Assembly (NCBI RefSeq): GCF_001194135.2
Contig: NC_068986.1
Span: 26,260,970 to 26,324,526 of the forward strand
From: Octopus bimaculoides
Taxonomy: Eukaryota
Direction: 5' to 3'
DNA length: 63,557 nt
Shown here in pieces: positions 13,151 to 27,579 of this stretch (positions are counted from its first letter, which is position 1; each line of letters opens with the position of its first letter). The position numbers and the translations under genes are program-made. The notes under the pieces were generated by a model. The model was given only the letters and a program-made list of their open reading frames with translations. It was not told the origin of the DNA and did not search any database.

Positions 13151-15439
13151 TTCCATAATAATGATAACATAATTTTACTCCATCTTCATTATTTTTGAAA
13201 TTAATTGAAAATACCAAGGGTATACGTATTTTACATGGTATTGGAGATAAAGGGAGGGGGGGGCAATAGATGCATTTGTAGTTTTTCTAATCATTGACTC
13301 CTATTTAAATATTAGCTGTAAAAAAATTTTAAATGTAATATGGATAAACTGTTCATTAGCCACAATGACAACATCAACAAATAATAATAGACTTCTGAAG
13401 GTGAATAAGTAAATAAACAAACCAAATGTATACTATGCATGTTTATAGTATTTGCTTTTGGTATGGTAGTGCTATGGTAAGTAGTCAACTGTGTCAAACT
13501 AGTATCCAGAGCTGAATTACTCTTTCTTAATATTATGTTAATGTACATTAAAATGAGGAAAATAGCATTGAATCATAGCAAGGAGGCATTAAAAGTCTGA
13601 GTAAAAGAAAAGAGACAATAGGTAAAGAAGTTTGAGAAGCACTGATATAAATGTTCATTATTACAAAAATTTCAGTTGCATTATAAATAATTTTACTAGT
13701 TGCTAATACAAAAACGAACTATCTCTAAAAAGAATGTTTACACTATAATTCTTATAGGAAAATTACCTTGCAAGCAAACAAATTAGTTTTATGACACTTA
13801 TATCAGTTGATTTGCCAATAAACATTTTGACATTTTTAAGCTGTCAGCTAAACTCATCATGCAAAACCTGAAGAATAACATTCTTCATGTTGTAATTCAG
13901 GCATTTAGTTTGATCTTAGAACTTTTTTGTCTCTACTATCTTCTCTGTAACTTAATTCAATCTAATAATCTACTAATTGAATACTGCAGTAATATGTTGT
14001 TTATACATTAAATTTAACACTTCTGTATTTTGGTACTATTTCTATATCTTACAGATTTCTTATGATTAGAGTGGATTTCTGCATGTTTGTTAATACATTT
14101 ACAACATTTGCATACTGCATTATTCTTCTTCCACAGAGTGGCATAGGCATAGTTGTGTGGATACTAAGTTTACTTCAAAAACACATAGTCTCAGGTTCTA
14201 TCCCTTGGTATGGTACCTTGGGCACTGGACTGATCAATGCATTATGTGTGGAATTGGAAGAGTGGAAACTGTATTGAAGCCACCATATGTATGTGCCTGA
14301 ATGTTGACATTGTTCATCTCTGTGTGACACCATCTAAGGGATATGTTTATATTCCCTACTAACTACATAGCATATAGTTCTGCACTTTCAAAGACCAGTA
14401 AAAAAAAAACCCTAATTTGAAAAATGCATAAGGTTTGACAACAGGAAGTCTAACTGGTTGAAAAATACTATCTCAAATAAATCTCTCTCCAACCCATGCC
14501 AGCAATGAAAAACAAAGGAATAGCCACTTGAACTAACTTTCCTAATTTTGTTACATTGCTTGTCATAATTAGTATCCCACTTAGCTGTTAACAATATTAA
14601 TAAAAAGTTTACAATAGGGAGATGATGCTAGTATTACTATAACCAGAAACTTCAACTCAGCTAGCCCACAAAAATCAAAGATGGGGTATCAATCCCACAT
14701 CAAAGTATTAAAAAAAAACGTTTGGTTTTAATAAAATGTTCATATCCACATGAAACAGCTGTTTCACTTTTACTGAAGTAAAACAAAAATTCCTCTACCT
14801 ATATAAATTGCAAGAAAAAAATTATATTTTGGCTGATTAAAGCCTACCAAAAATATCAACTAAGACTTCATAATCAAGAATACATATTCTAATATTTTCA
14901 TACAGGAACTAACCTTGTCTTACCTAACCTACCATAATGATAGGCATTTAAGTTAGGTAAGCTTTGATCATTTTATTTATCAAAATACGCAAAATTTTTA
15001 CATTACAAACATGTATCTCAATTGAAAAAGTAACAGCAATAAGAGTCTACTTCCGAATATACCATATACCAAATACTGTGGAATATAAAAATATATAAAG
15101 ACTGATAAAAATATTTGTTTGATAAAAGGTCATCAGTGAATTCTGCACTTTAATTAGGTAAAAAAATTTTTCTCTAGCTCTCATAAAACCAATAGATTTA
15201 AATGCAAATGGTGACTGTTGAATATTAATACTAATATTAATAATGTTTATTATAGAACTTACGGCTTGAACAGAGAAGTCTAAAACCAACTACCCATAGG
15301 AACTCATACATGCTGAAACCTAGTTCCCATAATTGTAGAAGATTTGAAGAAATTCCAGATATGAAAACAAATAGAATCAAAAGATCTTAAAGTAAACATA
15401 GTAAGGACTAAAATTCTAGTGAAAAACACAAGACCCTGC

Positions 15440-16195
15440 TGTCATCAAGAAAATTGTCATGTCTGATATGCGTAAAAGAAGCAAGCTGAAATTTCCTACA
15501 TTACACCGAGTGTAAACTATGAATACACTAGCAGCGTAGTGTAATTACAGGTAGGCTGACAGAGAAAATAGACTTAGTATGCAGCATATGCACAGGTACA
15601 GTCAGTGATAACAGTACATGTGAAGTAGATTCTTTCAAATGCTGAAAGTACCCCAGATTTAACTGTTAGCTTTTGTTACCTAGATAACCTAATTGAGAGT
15701 GAAGAGGAGTGTTCAGAAACAGTAGCAAAGGTGGAAACAGAGTGAAAAAAGGTTAGGGACCTATTAACTTGGCTAGCAACAAAGAGTTTGTCTGCCAGAG
15801 AATATATGATGCTTGTATGTGAAGTGCAATGTTGTATAGTGGCAAGACATAGGCCCTGAATGCAAAGAATTTACAAAGGCTGGAAGGAAATGAAGCAAAC
15901 TTATTCTGTGGAATGTGAAATGCTTGTGTGTATGAATGACAGAATACAATCAGCTGAGAGAAAAGCTGGAAATAAAAGTAAGATTTAGTGCAAAATAGAA
16001 AACTACACTGGTAAGATCATGTGATGTGATAAGGAAGCATGCAAATGGACAGAACCTGTGAAATAAGGAGACTGAAGCAGAACTGGAATTAAGTGGTAAA
16101 AACTGATCTCATGAGGCTGAACGTCATGAAGATGACAAAGGACCCTGACAAATGACATTTTGCAGTGCAGAAGACCTGCCCACCCAAGTAAGCAC
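15440..16195 (+). mobile_element. RTE-clade LINE, decayed 3' part
   Basis: Remnants FCYLDNLI..EECSE, IYDAC..SAMLYSGKTW(*), LQRLEGNEA, LREKL, VKTDLMRLN, characteristic of the RTE C-terminus. Confidence 0.85.
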
Positions 16196-16244
16196 AACTA
16201 AACAAGATGCAAAAATGTTGATGGATATCAAACTGTATAATATA

Positions 16245-16650
16245 TGCAGGGTGCATTAGTTTTTTGAGAACACTTCTCTGAAGAGCTCTAACTTTCTTCT
16301 AACTTATATATTTTACCTTGCTTTTTAGATAAATAATGTCAGACTTCAGGTTCATTTAGCAAATGAAAAGATGCATTGTAATTGTTGCCTTAAAAGCACA
16401 GCAGAGTGATACAGAGATAACTTGCTTCCTGAAAATTGCCTAATCCTTTGCTGTCAAAGTTGGAATGGAGCTGGAGTCTGCTGACAGGAATCCAACATTA
16501 GCAGCTAAATGCAAAAAACATGCACAATGTCCTAATATCATCAGAATACATAACTTTACACAAAAGTCCAAGAAATAATCGATAAAAATCTTCTAAAGTC
16601 AACCAGAGATATTTCAAAGGGCCTCAAGGTTTCAGCATGCACCATCACCC
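16245..16650 (+). mobile_element. 5' fragment of a Tc1/mariner-superfamily (maT-like) element
   Basis: Begins ..CAGGGTG. Decayed helix-turn-helix-like translation QKSKK.IDKNLLKSTRDISKGLKVSACTI. Confidence 0.45.
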
Positions 16651-17871
16651 TCTCCTCTATTACCTTCTCACATTAGTCCTCTCTTTAACCTGCCCTTGGT
16701 AGGGACAAGACAACTCCAATGTACAACAGAGAGGGTTCTTTAATTTTGCCATTGACAAAACAATCCTTCTAGTGCTGATGCCACAATTAAATGCAGCCAG
16801 TACACTCTGTAAGGCGGTTAGAAGGAGGGAAAGTATATGCCTTCTTTTATAACCCTTTTGAAAGAATTTGGTAAAAGAAACTGGGTGGAAGCCCATCATA
16901 TAAGTGTGTGTGTGTGTGTGTGTTCCCCACCTCCCACTGCTTGATAACCAGTGTTGGTTTGTTTACATCCTGGTAACTTAGCAGTTTGGCAAAAGTCACC
17001 AATATCATAAGTACCAAACTTAAAAACTAAGTACTGAGATCTATTTATTCAGCTAAACCCTTCAAGGTGGTACCCCAGCATGGGTGCAGTCCAAAGACAA
17101 ACAAATAAAAGATTTAAAAAATAGTCCTTCCTCTTGATCAGAATCAGAGTTTGATGACATTGCCATTACAAAGGATATGCTCTCATTCTCAATCTAATTG
17201 ATTAGGTGTTAATAACTCCTTTTTACAAAGAAATTGTTTTTAAACCCGTGATAATCCAAAACCATTACAACTATTTGATTGGAGTTTTTCCACAACTATA
17301 TGCTCTGATATAATATGCTTTCCACAGAATAAAACTCAGTTTGGATATGAAAGCATTTTAAGTGCAGGAGAGTTGTTCTCATGCCATTATGATACCATAG
17401 AGAAGAAGCAAAATATCCAAATGTAAAACTAAATAGGCAACATGCAATAAAAAGCTAAATCCATCACAAGTGTCTTCATTACTTTTTTGACAATATTATT
17501 TCACATAAATTGCAAATATTTCCAAGAAAAAATATAAATTTTGGAATTATTCATTTTCGAATAATAGAAACAAGGCAACCTTTATTTCATTTTTTTTTTT
17601 TTTTAATATTTTGATTACTATGAATAAATCAGTAAAAGTCGATGTAAAATATCTTTTTTGAAAGCAATCAATCTTCTATACAATGGCCTTCAAAAATATT
17701 TCATCTATCATACTTGAAAATACAGTGCAAGAATGTCTTCATTTGAGCAAAGATTTCAACTCATGCACGCATTAATATATGCGTCACATTCTAACTATTA
17801 AAATAAGTGAAAACTAGAAACATTCAATTCATGCTGAAAGGAACAGGAAAAGAAAAAGGAAAATCACTGAC

Positions 17872-19625
17872 CTTTTGATCCAAACTGGTTCCTCTGTAGT
17901 TGAGTTTTCAGTAAATGAAGATTTTAGGGAGACATTTTTACTTTTTTGAATAGCAGTCTTAATGTCAGCCATGGTATGATTAAGAGCTTCTTTGGCATCA
18001 AGTTCATCTTTAATTCCACTAGTATCAATATTTTTTCCTTTGCCATTTATATGAGTTTCTTCGCCATTAATCTCCTGATTCAGCTCAGACTTTTGCTTTA
18101 ACTGCAACATCTTGGCAGGAGAATCACATTCATGAGGGAATGCTTCATCAACATCACTAGCTTGACTTCCAGATAAACCATCCTCTACAATTGGCATTCC
18201 ACCAGTATTAGACTTTTCTTCATCAGATAATACACTCTCCACTTCAGCACTATCACATTCAGTATTTTCAGGAGACAGTGTGAATGCTCTCTTTTCTTCC
18301 ACCACTAAAGGTTCAGTGTTATTTAAAGGAATTTCAGTTAAACAATCTTCACTCACTCTCACTTGGTGCTGACTACGATCAGAAATTTCTGGTCCGTTCT
18401 TTTGATGAATGATTTTCTCAGGAGAACAATCACGAGAGCTTTCAGGTGAACTGCTACTAATACTCGAGCTAGGAAAAGCTAAACGCATTCCAACATAAGA
18501 ATTGCCCTGATGAATGCGTGCATATTTAACATAATCATATTCATTTTCAATATTAACATTCTTTCGGGCTGAATTTCTATCAGGCTTAGATACTTCATTA
18601 TGCATAGTCACATCTAGATCTGATTGCAAAGTTTGCTCAACGGGAGATATCTGCTTCAGGTCCTGATTATTATATGGAAGGGTTTCTCGTTCTGAACTAG
18701 AGCCATCTCGATCACTACAACTACCTGAACTATTACTATGATTTACCCGTCTTGCAAATCCTGGAGATTGACGTTTTATCTTAGGTTTAGCTCCCTGGGA
18801 ATTATACTTTGTTGAAGATGGAATATTTCTTTCATCATAATTTTTTACTTCTCCAATTGTTGGAATATTGTTTCGAATTTCTAAGCTATTCCTTTTTTTA
18901 ACAGTCTCATCTGGACTACAGTACTTGGAGTCTTTTGATTTTTCTCTAAGATTAACTGCTACTTCCCAGGGTTTCTCTAAGCCAATATCAGCAGCAGTAT
19001 TGAGAATTCCATTCCTGTCCAACAGCTTCACATCTTTCCCATCAAGTATATCTGAACGCAATTCCTTCTGTCTTGAAGAATGTTTGTTGTAATGATGGCT
19101 TCCTCCAACACTCTCACTTCCATCTGAAAGAGTATCAGAACCACTCTTGGAATGAATACTATTCTGACCAAGAATGTCTGGAGCTAAGTTCTGATGAGAA
19201 CCAAGGTCCTTACCAGAACATTTGCACAGCTTTTCTGTGAGACTATCAGCAAGAATGTCAGCAGAATGGTCCATATCATCGGTAGGGAAATCAATCTCTA
19301 CATCAGGATAATCATTAATACATGACTCTCCACTCTCATCACTATCATGTTGTAAGCCCATACTTTCCAGCCCATCATCATCAATCAGGTTTTGATATGA
19401 CAAAGAGCTAATTTCACTGGCTTGACGAGAACCACTCTCACCGAGGTTGACTTCCATGCTCAAGTTATCTGTGTCATCAGCAGTATGCTCTGACAACTGC
19501 TCGAAGCTAAGGGTGGATCCTCGTAAAGAGATATCCCCCCCACACGCTCCTTCAAGATTGACATCACAGTTCTCCTCAGTGTCAGAGTAAGCTAACGTAT
19601 TACACCTCTCCTCTAAGTCAGACAT
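17872..19625 (-). CDS. First coding exon (584 aa + 2 nt) of a probable Mint/X11/LIN-10 (APBA family) adaptor; gene continues left of the window
   Basis: Strong acceptor T(n)CAG at 19686 (exon starts 19685), with an in-frame TGA 9 nt before ATG 19625. Long acidic, Ser-rich disordered ORF. Donor AG|GTCAGT at 17871 directly after EEPVWIKR, which resembles the Mint1 CASK-interaction motif EPIWVMR. The exon is secure; the family call rests on this motif and the architecture only (no PTB/PDZ exons seen in the window). Confidence 0.62.
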
Positions 19626-21734
19626 AATTTGTCAATTTTTAATACAGCTTACAGGGAACACTTTATTCTGCCTGTGTTTCCTCGCCTGAAAAAAAAAAAA
19701 AAAAAAACAGCTTTTAATTTCATAAAAAAAGGTTTGCATTTCATATTTAATTTTTTAAATGTTTTACATTTTCATTCATCATCACAGTATATCATTATCA
19801 ATATTATTTACAATAATATACAGTGATCATGAGAATTTGTTTAGAGATCTTCAATTACATTTTACAACAAAACATTCCCTCTTCACACAAAAGGTAATCA
19901 GTTTTAGTCACTCTATGGTATATTTGTATGAAATACAAGCAGTGAAAATAGTTCACCAACATCGAAGAGAAACAAGTAACTGTTGAATATGCAATTTAAA
20001 CTAGATAACACGAGTACTCTTGAACTTAAGGTGTCTACAACAGCTGAATATTGAGATTAAAAAGAATTATTAGGAGGAAAATACTTTCAAATATTATGGC
20101 TGGTGAATGAAATGATGTAGGAGATAAGGTTGGCTCAATATATGCTGTTATGCAAGCTAGTCCAATAAATGCAGAAAATGAACATTAAGCCAATAATGAG
20201 TTCTTGCAATAACTAAATGACAAGAATTGACACTCATTTTAAAATTATAAGTTTGTAATTCATCACAAATATATTATGCTACCTTAGAAAGGGCACTAAG
20301 ATCACATTTAACTGAAAATCAGTGTGGAAAGAGAAAAACTGAGAAAGCTAAACAAATTGGTGTTTAACAAAGCCAAAATTAAATCTATTCTTAAATGAAG
20401 CTGAATTAATGTTTAATATAACAATACATTCTACTTCATCAATTTCTGTTTTGCAAAACATGCATGCTGTGAACAAAAGTAATATTTTTTGAATGAAAAA
20501 ATATAGTGAGCTATGTTCAGTAATCTTCGTATAAATATATTGCTTTTTTTTTTATGTTTTATTGTATATGTACTATGATATAGAAATTCATAGCAACAGC
20601 AGTTTTAAGAATACCATTCCAATCCATCACTACCATACAATGGTATCAAACAATATCTCAAGATGTAAAAACTGTCAAAAGATGTGTTTTCAAGAAAAAC
20701 AATTTGTTAGACATTAAAAGATTCTTAACAATGAAGTGATACGAAGGACTAAATATCTAATGAAATCTATTTTAACTAGATGTCAACTTACCCATTCAAT
20801 GATTCTCTCAAGCCTAATGAGTAATTTAACATCTAAGTTTTTGGTGATGATCCAAGGACTTAAGACTTACGGGACATTTTTATCTCAGCATTATGACAAT
20901 TTAAAAATACACTAATAAGCCAGTTGTTTACAAGATTTTATAATCCTAAGTTAAAATTTTCCATATTTCATCATTGTAACTTTACACCCACTTTTCATGC
21001 TGACATGGGTAGGATGAGTCCTAATAGTCCAAATAAATTCTTATTTTGCTTTCTTTCCTCCTAAACATGGCATCAAACCACTTCTTGGTTGTTTATTTTG
21101 ACATGGCTTCTACAGCAGGATACCCTTTCTAGCACCAACCTTTAGAGTGTATTAATTATAATTCATTGTGGTACCTCTTGATCCTATGTTGTCTCTGTTT
21201 AAAGTTTACTGGGTCTGGTTTATTGTGACACCAGCACTAGTGAGGTTGCCTTGTATTTGACAATATAGTCTTCACTTCATTCAGGGCAATGTGACTAAGA
21301 GAATGGATAGGTAGAGGGTGTCTGAAGATGAACTAGGGTGGGAGAAGAAGAGTATGGTGGAGGAGATAAGTGGCTGATAGGACATTGTTAAATCAGTGAT
21401 GGATGTCAAAGGAGTGGCCTGAGGGACGAGGCACTGTTTGCTAGCAATACATAAGGGTAAGAAAAGTGTTTCAAGTATTGTCACTGAAGCATCATAATTT
21501 GGAAAGATACAGCAAAGTGAAGTTGTAGGGTATGGTGGTGGTAGAGTGGAGGGAGTATGGTCAAATTTAATGGGCAACATAATACAGTATGAACAAATTT
21601 ATGGACAACATAAATAGGAGTAAGGATGCTAGAGAGATGGAAGGATAATGTATATGCAAGAGTGACTTAACAGCTACAAATGAAGGCCCAAATGCAGATA
21701 TATACTATATATCCCAATTTCCATTACCACCCCA

Positions 21735-22930
21735 CTGTTTCAATGTACATTTTGCCAAACTCATACAGGTAGCCAGGCCTTCTTCAACACCACATGTTGC
21801 CAATCAACATGGTCCCATGTCATCTTCATGAGATTAAATAACTTAAGACTGCTCTTCATTTTGTCTCAAGTCTTCCTCAATCTCCCTCTTACACAATTAC
21901 TATATTATCTACTATATGCATGACATGGCCATGCTAGCAGTCTTCTCTTACACATTACATCTGATTTCTCTTATACCTAGTTTTTTTCTTTATTTCTCAC
22001 CTCATTTGTATTCTGACTTTCATGAATACTAACAACACATCCAGCAAAGCATGCTTGTATCATTTATTCCTAGCAAGTCCTCTACTTATATCTCCCTGCT
22101 ACACAGACCACACTTCATACACAAGTGTCATATAATCAACACAAAAAGCTCTTTGTTGCCAGTAGGGGTAATAGTTTTTATTCTGGATACTACACTTTCC
22201 AAACATCTACTTGCCACACAACTAATTAAGCCATTAAGGTAACAAATACTATCAATGACTTCTAGGGAGTTACTCAGATATTTGAGATCAAGTATTTCCT
22301 GAGTGCTCTAAGTGCGTATTGCCCCATTTGAGTGGTCTGAGAACTGAGCTCTACTTGCATATTGAATTAATCACTGAACACACTGCTGATTGCACTTCTA
22401 TACATTGCTTGCATGATCCTCACTAGCTTCCTTACAAATCACTATATTTCTCTTGCAGCTGCATCACTGGGAATATGACATCAGTAGAACTCTTCCTGAC
22501 ACAAGGCTGAACAGCATCCTGTTGCCAATAAATTTTGCAATAATAAAGTTATGTATTGTCATAACTTTCATAACCTTGTCCAACAGTTTGTTGCCTTTGT
22601 AGTTTCCTCTCTCTCTCTAGTGCATTACCTTTTCCCTTGTAGCAGGTTATTATGATAATACAAAATCAGTCATTGAAAATGACACCCTGAGGATTTTAGT
22701 GTCTAGCCCATATTCTACTGTGCTAGATATTTTAAACAACTCTGAAACTCTTCCCTATGGACCAGCTGCTTTCCCCAACTTCATATCCTTAACTGCTCTA
22801 TCTATCAAACTGTTGTCAACTTGGATAGCTAAACCGCTATTGGGTATACATACACTCACTCCTGTCCCTTCCTTAAATATCAACCCCACTGGAAATTCTT
22901 TCCACCCATGTTTCAGCAGCAAATGCTAAT
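21735..22930 (-). mobile_element. RTE-clade LINE fragments (RT N-part plus 3' end)
   Basis: Minus-strand AVKDMKLGKAAGP, TCYKGKGNALER.NYKG.KLLDKVMKV (22500-22800), and RRLL.HGHVM-like 3' remnants (21740-22020). Confidence 0.85.
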
Positions 22931-23799
22931 GTACAGATATTAAAACTGATCATAAACCAAATCAACCACACCAATTTTGGGAAACCTGTGAAGGACATGG
23001 GCAGTGTGACCGTAGAAAGGAAAAAACTTGTAACATACTAAAAAATTTAAAATTATGCAATTGAGAAACTAAAAACATGTGTTAGCAAACTTATTAATAT
23101 TGATCATCTTATAATGCATTATATAGCCCCAGGCCAGCCCTGATCAAGTAGGCCTAACACATGTAGCTTGATTGTTTCATCTACTCATTTTTAAAATGTC
23201 AGCTACTTTTAGCAGGTCAAGTAACTGTGTAGAGGCTTCTTTTTGGCAAGATTACAATCAACCAGTTAAAATATCATGCAGTTTAATTCAGATTTCAGTT
23301 ATCTATAACACTGCAACATTTCTAATCCCTTTTTCAAATACCAAGTGGTTTTTGTTTCATTCATTTTTTATTATAACTATATTTCTAGAGATATATAAGC
23401 AACATTAATTCCTAATTCTTTTCACAATTCACTCAACTATTCCTTACATTTTTCATTACCCAATACGTAATACTATTTAGCTTTACAGTAGCTCTCTACA
23501 TATTTTACTCAGATTTTAATGTCATCCATGTAAAGATTGTATATATACAACTGATTATATATACATGAGCTTTCTTTATTATGACCTAGTTTTAATCCTT
23601 GACTGAGATATTTCTATTCACATCATACTTCACGTATAGCTATAATCAATGTGAGATACACTGCATCAAACTAATTTGCCTGGACACACTACATAAAAAC
23701 AAAAACTTCAGCCATGTCTCAATAAGAATGCAAGAAGCTATGAATTTCAAAAAATATCACAAAGAATATGTCCAACAAAGTAAATTGACGAACATGCAT

Positions 23800-24650
23800 T
23801 AAGATTGTGTAATCTGACATACCAGGCTCATCACAGCCATATCATGATGTGGATCAAATGGTAATAAAATTTGATACAAGCACTTCATATTGGTTTTTAT
23901 CAACATAAAGGTCGGTTACACCCATCAAGACTAAACAAAACCATACTATGTCATTCATAATAAAGTATTGCTATGTGAAAAATATTAAATACTGGTAATG
24001 GCTCATGAATAAGTGTAAACTTGAGAAACTTTTATGTCATAGCCTGAATAACTTTTGCAAATAGACTTCTCATTGACTGAGACTATCAAAGACCTCAATA
24101 ATATAAGACAGACTTATTTATTAGAACCAGGAACTTCTCTTTCAGCTGTCTCACATGGATCATAATATTAATGGTAAATATTTTACTTCAAAATCTGACT
24201 GCATCATAACCAACATACACTGACTCCCAACTTAACCCATTAATTTTAAGTTCTGGTAATTTTCCTTCTTCAGCTTGCCCTATTTACACTTGGTAGTTGA
24301 TAATGGTGTTATTTTGTCAATCTTTGGGAATATATTTGATTTTAAAAAAATTAACTAATATAACACCAACCTATTCTGATGCCTTTATCTTAGCAGCATC
24401 CATATCTGAAGGTTCTGTAGCTTTCTCTATTACCATGCATTTTTCTTTCCTAAATTGTCTCTTACTATTTCTACAGATGACCTCTGTTGACTCAACTGGC
24501 AGCAGACTTAATATCCCATGCATACACTTTCTTCAGTAATTGCTCATAGAAAGGCTTGCAGCTCTCCTTTTCAATATCACTGATAGGAAGTGTGCCAACT
24601 TAACTTTGAAGTATAGTTCCTTGCTATCTTCTATGTTCCAGTAAATGTTT
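23800..24650 (-). mobile_element. RTE-clade LINE reverse transcriptase fragment
   Basis: Minus-strand remnants EKATEPSDMDAAKIKAS and VRQLKEKFLVL, collinear with RTE RT domains. Confidence 0.7.
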
Positions 24651-25512
24651 TGAGAAATTTGTGTGTACAAATCTAATCAGAAAATAGAATGAACCAGTCA
24701 ATAGAAATCATTTAGGAAATAGTAAAAAATTTAATTACACTGAAGGGATATAAAGAGAAAACAAAAGGAATAAATATGAAAAGGTTTCTTTTCATCACTT
24801 AGAGAGTGTGGTACTGGAATGGATCCCAACATATGAATAAGCATGTGCATTGTTAGCAGATATTCTAAAGAATGTGAAAGCGCCACACTTAGCATTAATT
24901 TTGCTATGAGATGCCAGAAGGAAAGTTAGTACTCAATATGGCCAGCTTATAGGTTAGGGTTTACAGCAGTGAACTATACTAGTCTTGCTTGAACTAATAA
25001 AAATGAATAAATAAAAGTATTTAAAACTAGGAAGGGCATCCAGCTGTAGAAACTCTGCCAAATTAGATTGGAGCCTGGTGTTGCCATCCGGTTTCACCAG
25101 TCCTCAGTCAAATCGTCCAACCCATGCTAGCATGGAAAGCGGACGTTAAACGATGATGATGATGATGATGATGATAATACAAAATGTAAATTAAGAAGCC
25201 ACTGAATAAACTCTATTTACACTTTCACTTTATTTGCTTCAGTCATTTGACTGTGGTCATGCTGGAGCACTGCCTTTAGTCGAACAAATTGACCCGAGGA
25301 CTCATTCTTTGTAAGCCTAGAACTTTTTCTATCAGTCTCTTTTGCCAAACCACTAATTACAGGTTATAATTCTTAACAGGAGTTTCATTTGCCATGCAAG
25401 TAATTTGAAACTAATATTTCAGAGTTATCGGTGAGATGACTGTCTGTCCAAAATTGATCTGTAGCCTTCTGAGGAAATTGATAGCCACATTAAATTTTAC
25501 ATCATTTAAGTG

Positions 25513-25736
25513 TTAACTCGTTAGCATTCAGATTACTCTACCAAATGTAATGCTTATTTATTTACATTATTTTGAATTAATTGTGGCTTATCTTGTAGCT
25601 TTGAGATTTTGATGATCTGATTGCTTCCATTTAGAGTAACATTGTAGGGTAGGTACAAGAGGTTGGATGTGGCCAATTTCAACATAAAACAGAATGTTTG
25701 AGCCAGAAATGACTGGTTTAAATGCTAAAGAGTTAA
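25513..25736 (+). mobile_element. TTAA-flanked MITE, second family
   Basis: TTAA-CTCGTTAGCATTCA ... TAAATGCTAAAGAG-TTAA. A related copy lies in the opposite orientation at about 49080-49277, in MAPK intron 2. Confidence 0.7.
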
Positions 25737-26149
25737 AGCTTTAATTTAAAAACTCAGGTTGTGGTCTAACCAATTGCTTAACACAAGCCTTTATCTGTTA
25801 CAAATTCTAACCTAAAGCTATCACATGCTGTTTGTAAGTTAATTAGGTCAATAACTAATGACCACAAGTTGTCACAAATATATAAATATCATTGCCAAAA
25901 AATAATTTAAACTGCCAAATATTAAAGCAGTATAAAATTCAATTTTGCTTATTAAAGTATAAAACTGTTTTCAAAATCAAATTGCTTTTCCTGTAATTCT
26001 GTTACACCAAACATTTCAAAATATTGAAAGATGTGTCGTTGAAATAATAAATTCACATTTACATTTTTGCTGCCACTTCACACTGCTTAACTCTTCTCTA
26101 ATCTACATGGGATAGTTCCAATATGGGAAAATAGTATTATCACACACTA

Positions 26150-26607
26150 GGCACATACATGACTGTGAGGTAAGAAGTTTGCTTCCCAACCACATGATTC
26201 TAGGTTCTGTTCCACTGAAATGTCTTCTACTGTAAGCCACAAGTTGACCAAAGCCTTGTGAGTGGATTTGGCATAGACTTGTTCGTTTGTATGTATGTAA
26301 ACACACCCACACCCTCAAATGTATATATGTGCCTGTGAAGGAGAGTATATACGCTTGTATCTCTCTGCTTTGCCATCGCACGACAGTCATAAAACAGTTG
26401 TTACTAAAATGGAAGCAGTGTCATTCATTTCCAATATTCTCTGAAAACATGTCTGGCCACAGGGAAATATTACCTTGCTTGGAAAATAGTTGAGGGTTGG
26501 TGACAAGAAGAGCATCTGATGGTAAAAAAAAACTGTTTCAATAAACTCTATCTGACCCATGCAAACAAGGAAAAGTGGAGGTTATGATGATGGTGATGAC
26601 ACACTAT
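26150..26607 (+). mobile_element. Near full-length tRNA-derived SINE
   Basis: tRNA-like head (GGTAAGAAGTTTGCTTCCCAACCACATG..GGTTCTGTTCC), CCAAAGCCTTGTGAGTGGATTTGG core, and a tail ending in (GAT)n-like repeats. Confidence 0.8.
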
Positions 26608-27579
26608 CCCAACTTTAAAAGAAGACATCAGTAAAGCTTAATGCTCTATTTTCCAGTTAACTACTCATCACTAAAGAAAATAGTACTGAAAAATAACACA
26701 AAATTTGTGATCAATCAGCTACCCTACAAGGGAGAAAGCTTATTTTTGCTAAACAAGACCCCTCATATTTACACATTCATGGTTTTCCCACAAACACTTG
26801 TTCTATTCAATCTCTGAATGTACAAACCTCCAACACACTAACTCAACTCTACATGGACAAATCCCCACTTTCCACATAAGTTAACAGTTGTACATAGCTA
26901 ACACTGAACTCTTGAAATAAGAGAATGTACCACTTCATGCCATGTCACAGGCAACTATGTTAATATCTCAACACCTATAATGACTAAAAACTCTAAGCAT
27001 TACATCCAACATATCAGTGTCATTGCCATAATATGCAAAGAACATAACCAAAATATAAAAATGTATCTCCTTATAACCACTCACCAGCACAATATTTGGC
27101 AAAAATAAGGAAAAAAAAATTTTAAGTTAATTGAGTTATGTCAGACCCTCCCACCCTCTAACCTTTCTCACAATTAACTACAAAAAAAAAAAAGACTTAC
27201 AAAAAATACTACCATAATCACATAACGTATCCATTCTTCAGATATGCCATATACATCAAAACCAAGGTACTTAAAAACTCAAATCTACTTAGATGTCTGA
27301 CATGTATTTGAGGATGTAGAAGGTCAAAACACAGGCAACTATAAATATAACCATTGGAAAACATGCAAATGCATTAACAAAACCCTGAACACTACCACAA
27401 TACCATTCAAAGTTTATTATAGTCCCTCATTCAATCCCAGACTGCAAACATACATGCACATTAAAAGTGCAACAAAATCAATTTTCTCTCTTAGCCTTAA
27501 CTTGAACTGAGTCAACTTTCTTATAAGGCCAGTTGGTTCGCTATTTTTGTGCTAGAAAGACATAATATATTTCTTCATA

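Noticed and set aside
14918-14961. CTTACCTAAC...GTTAGGTAAG 10-bp inverted repeat containing donor-like sites
   Set aside because: Short arms, and no open exon with an acceptor could be attached.
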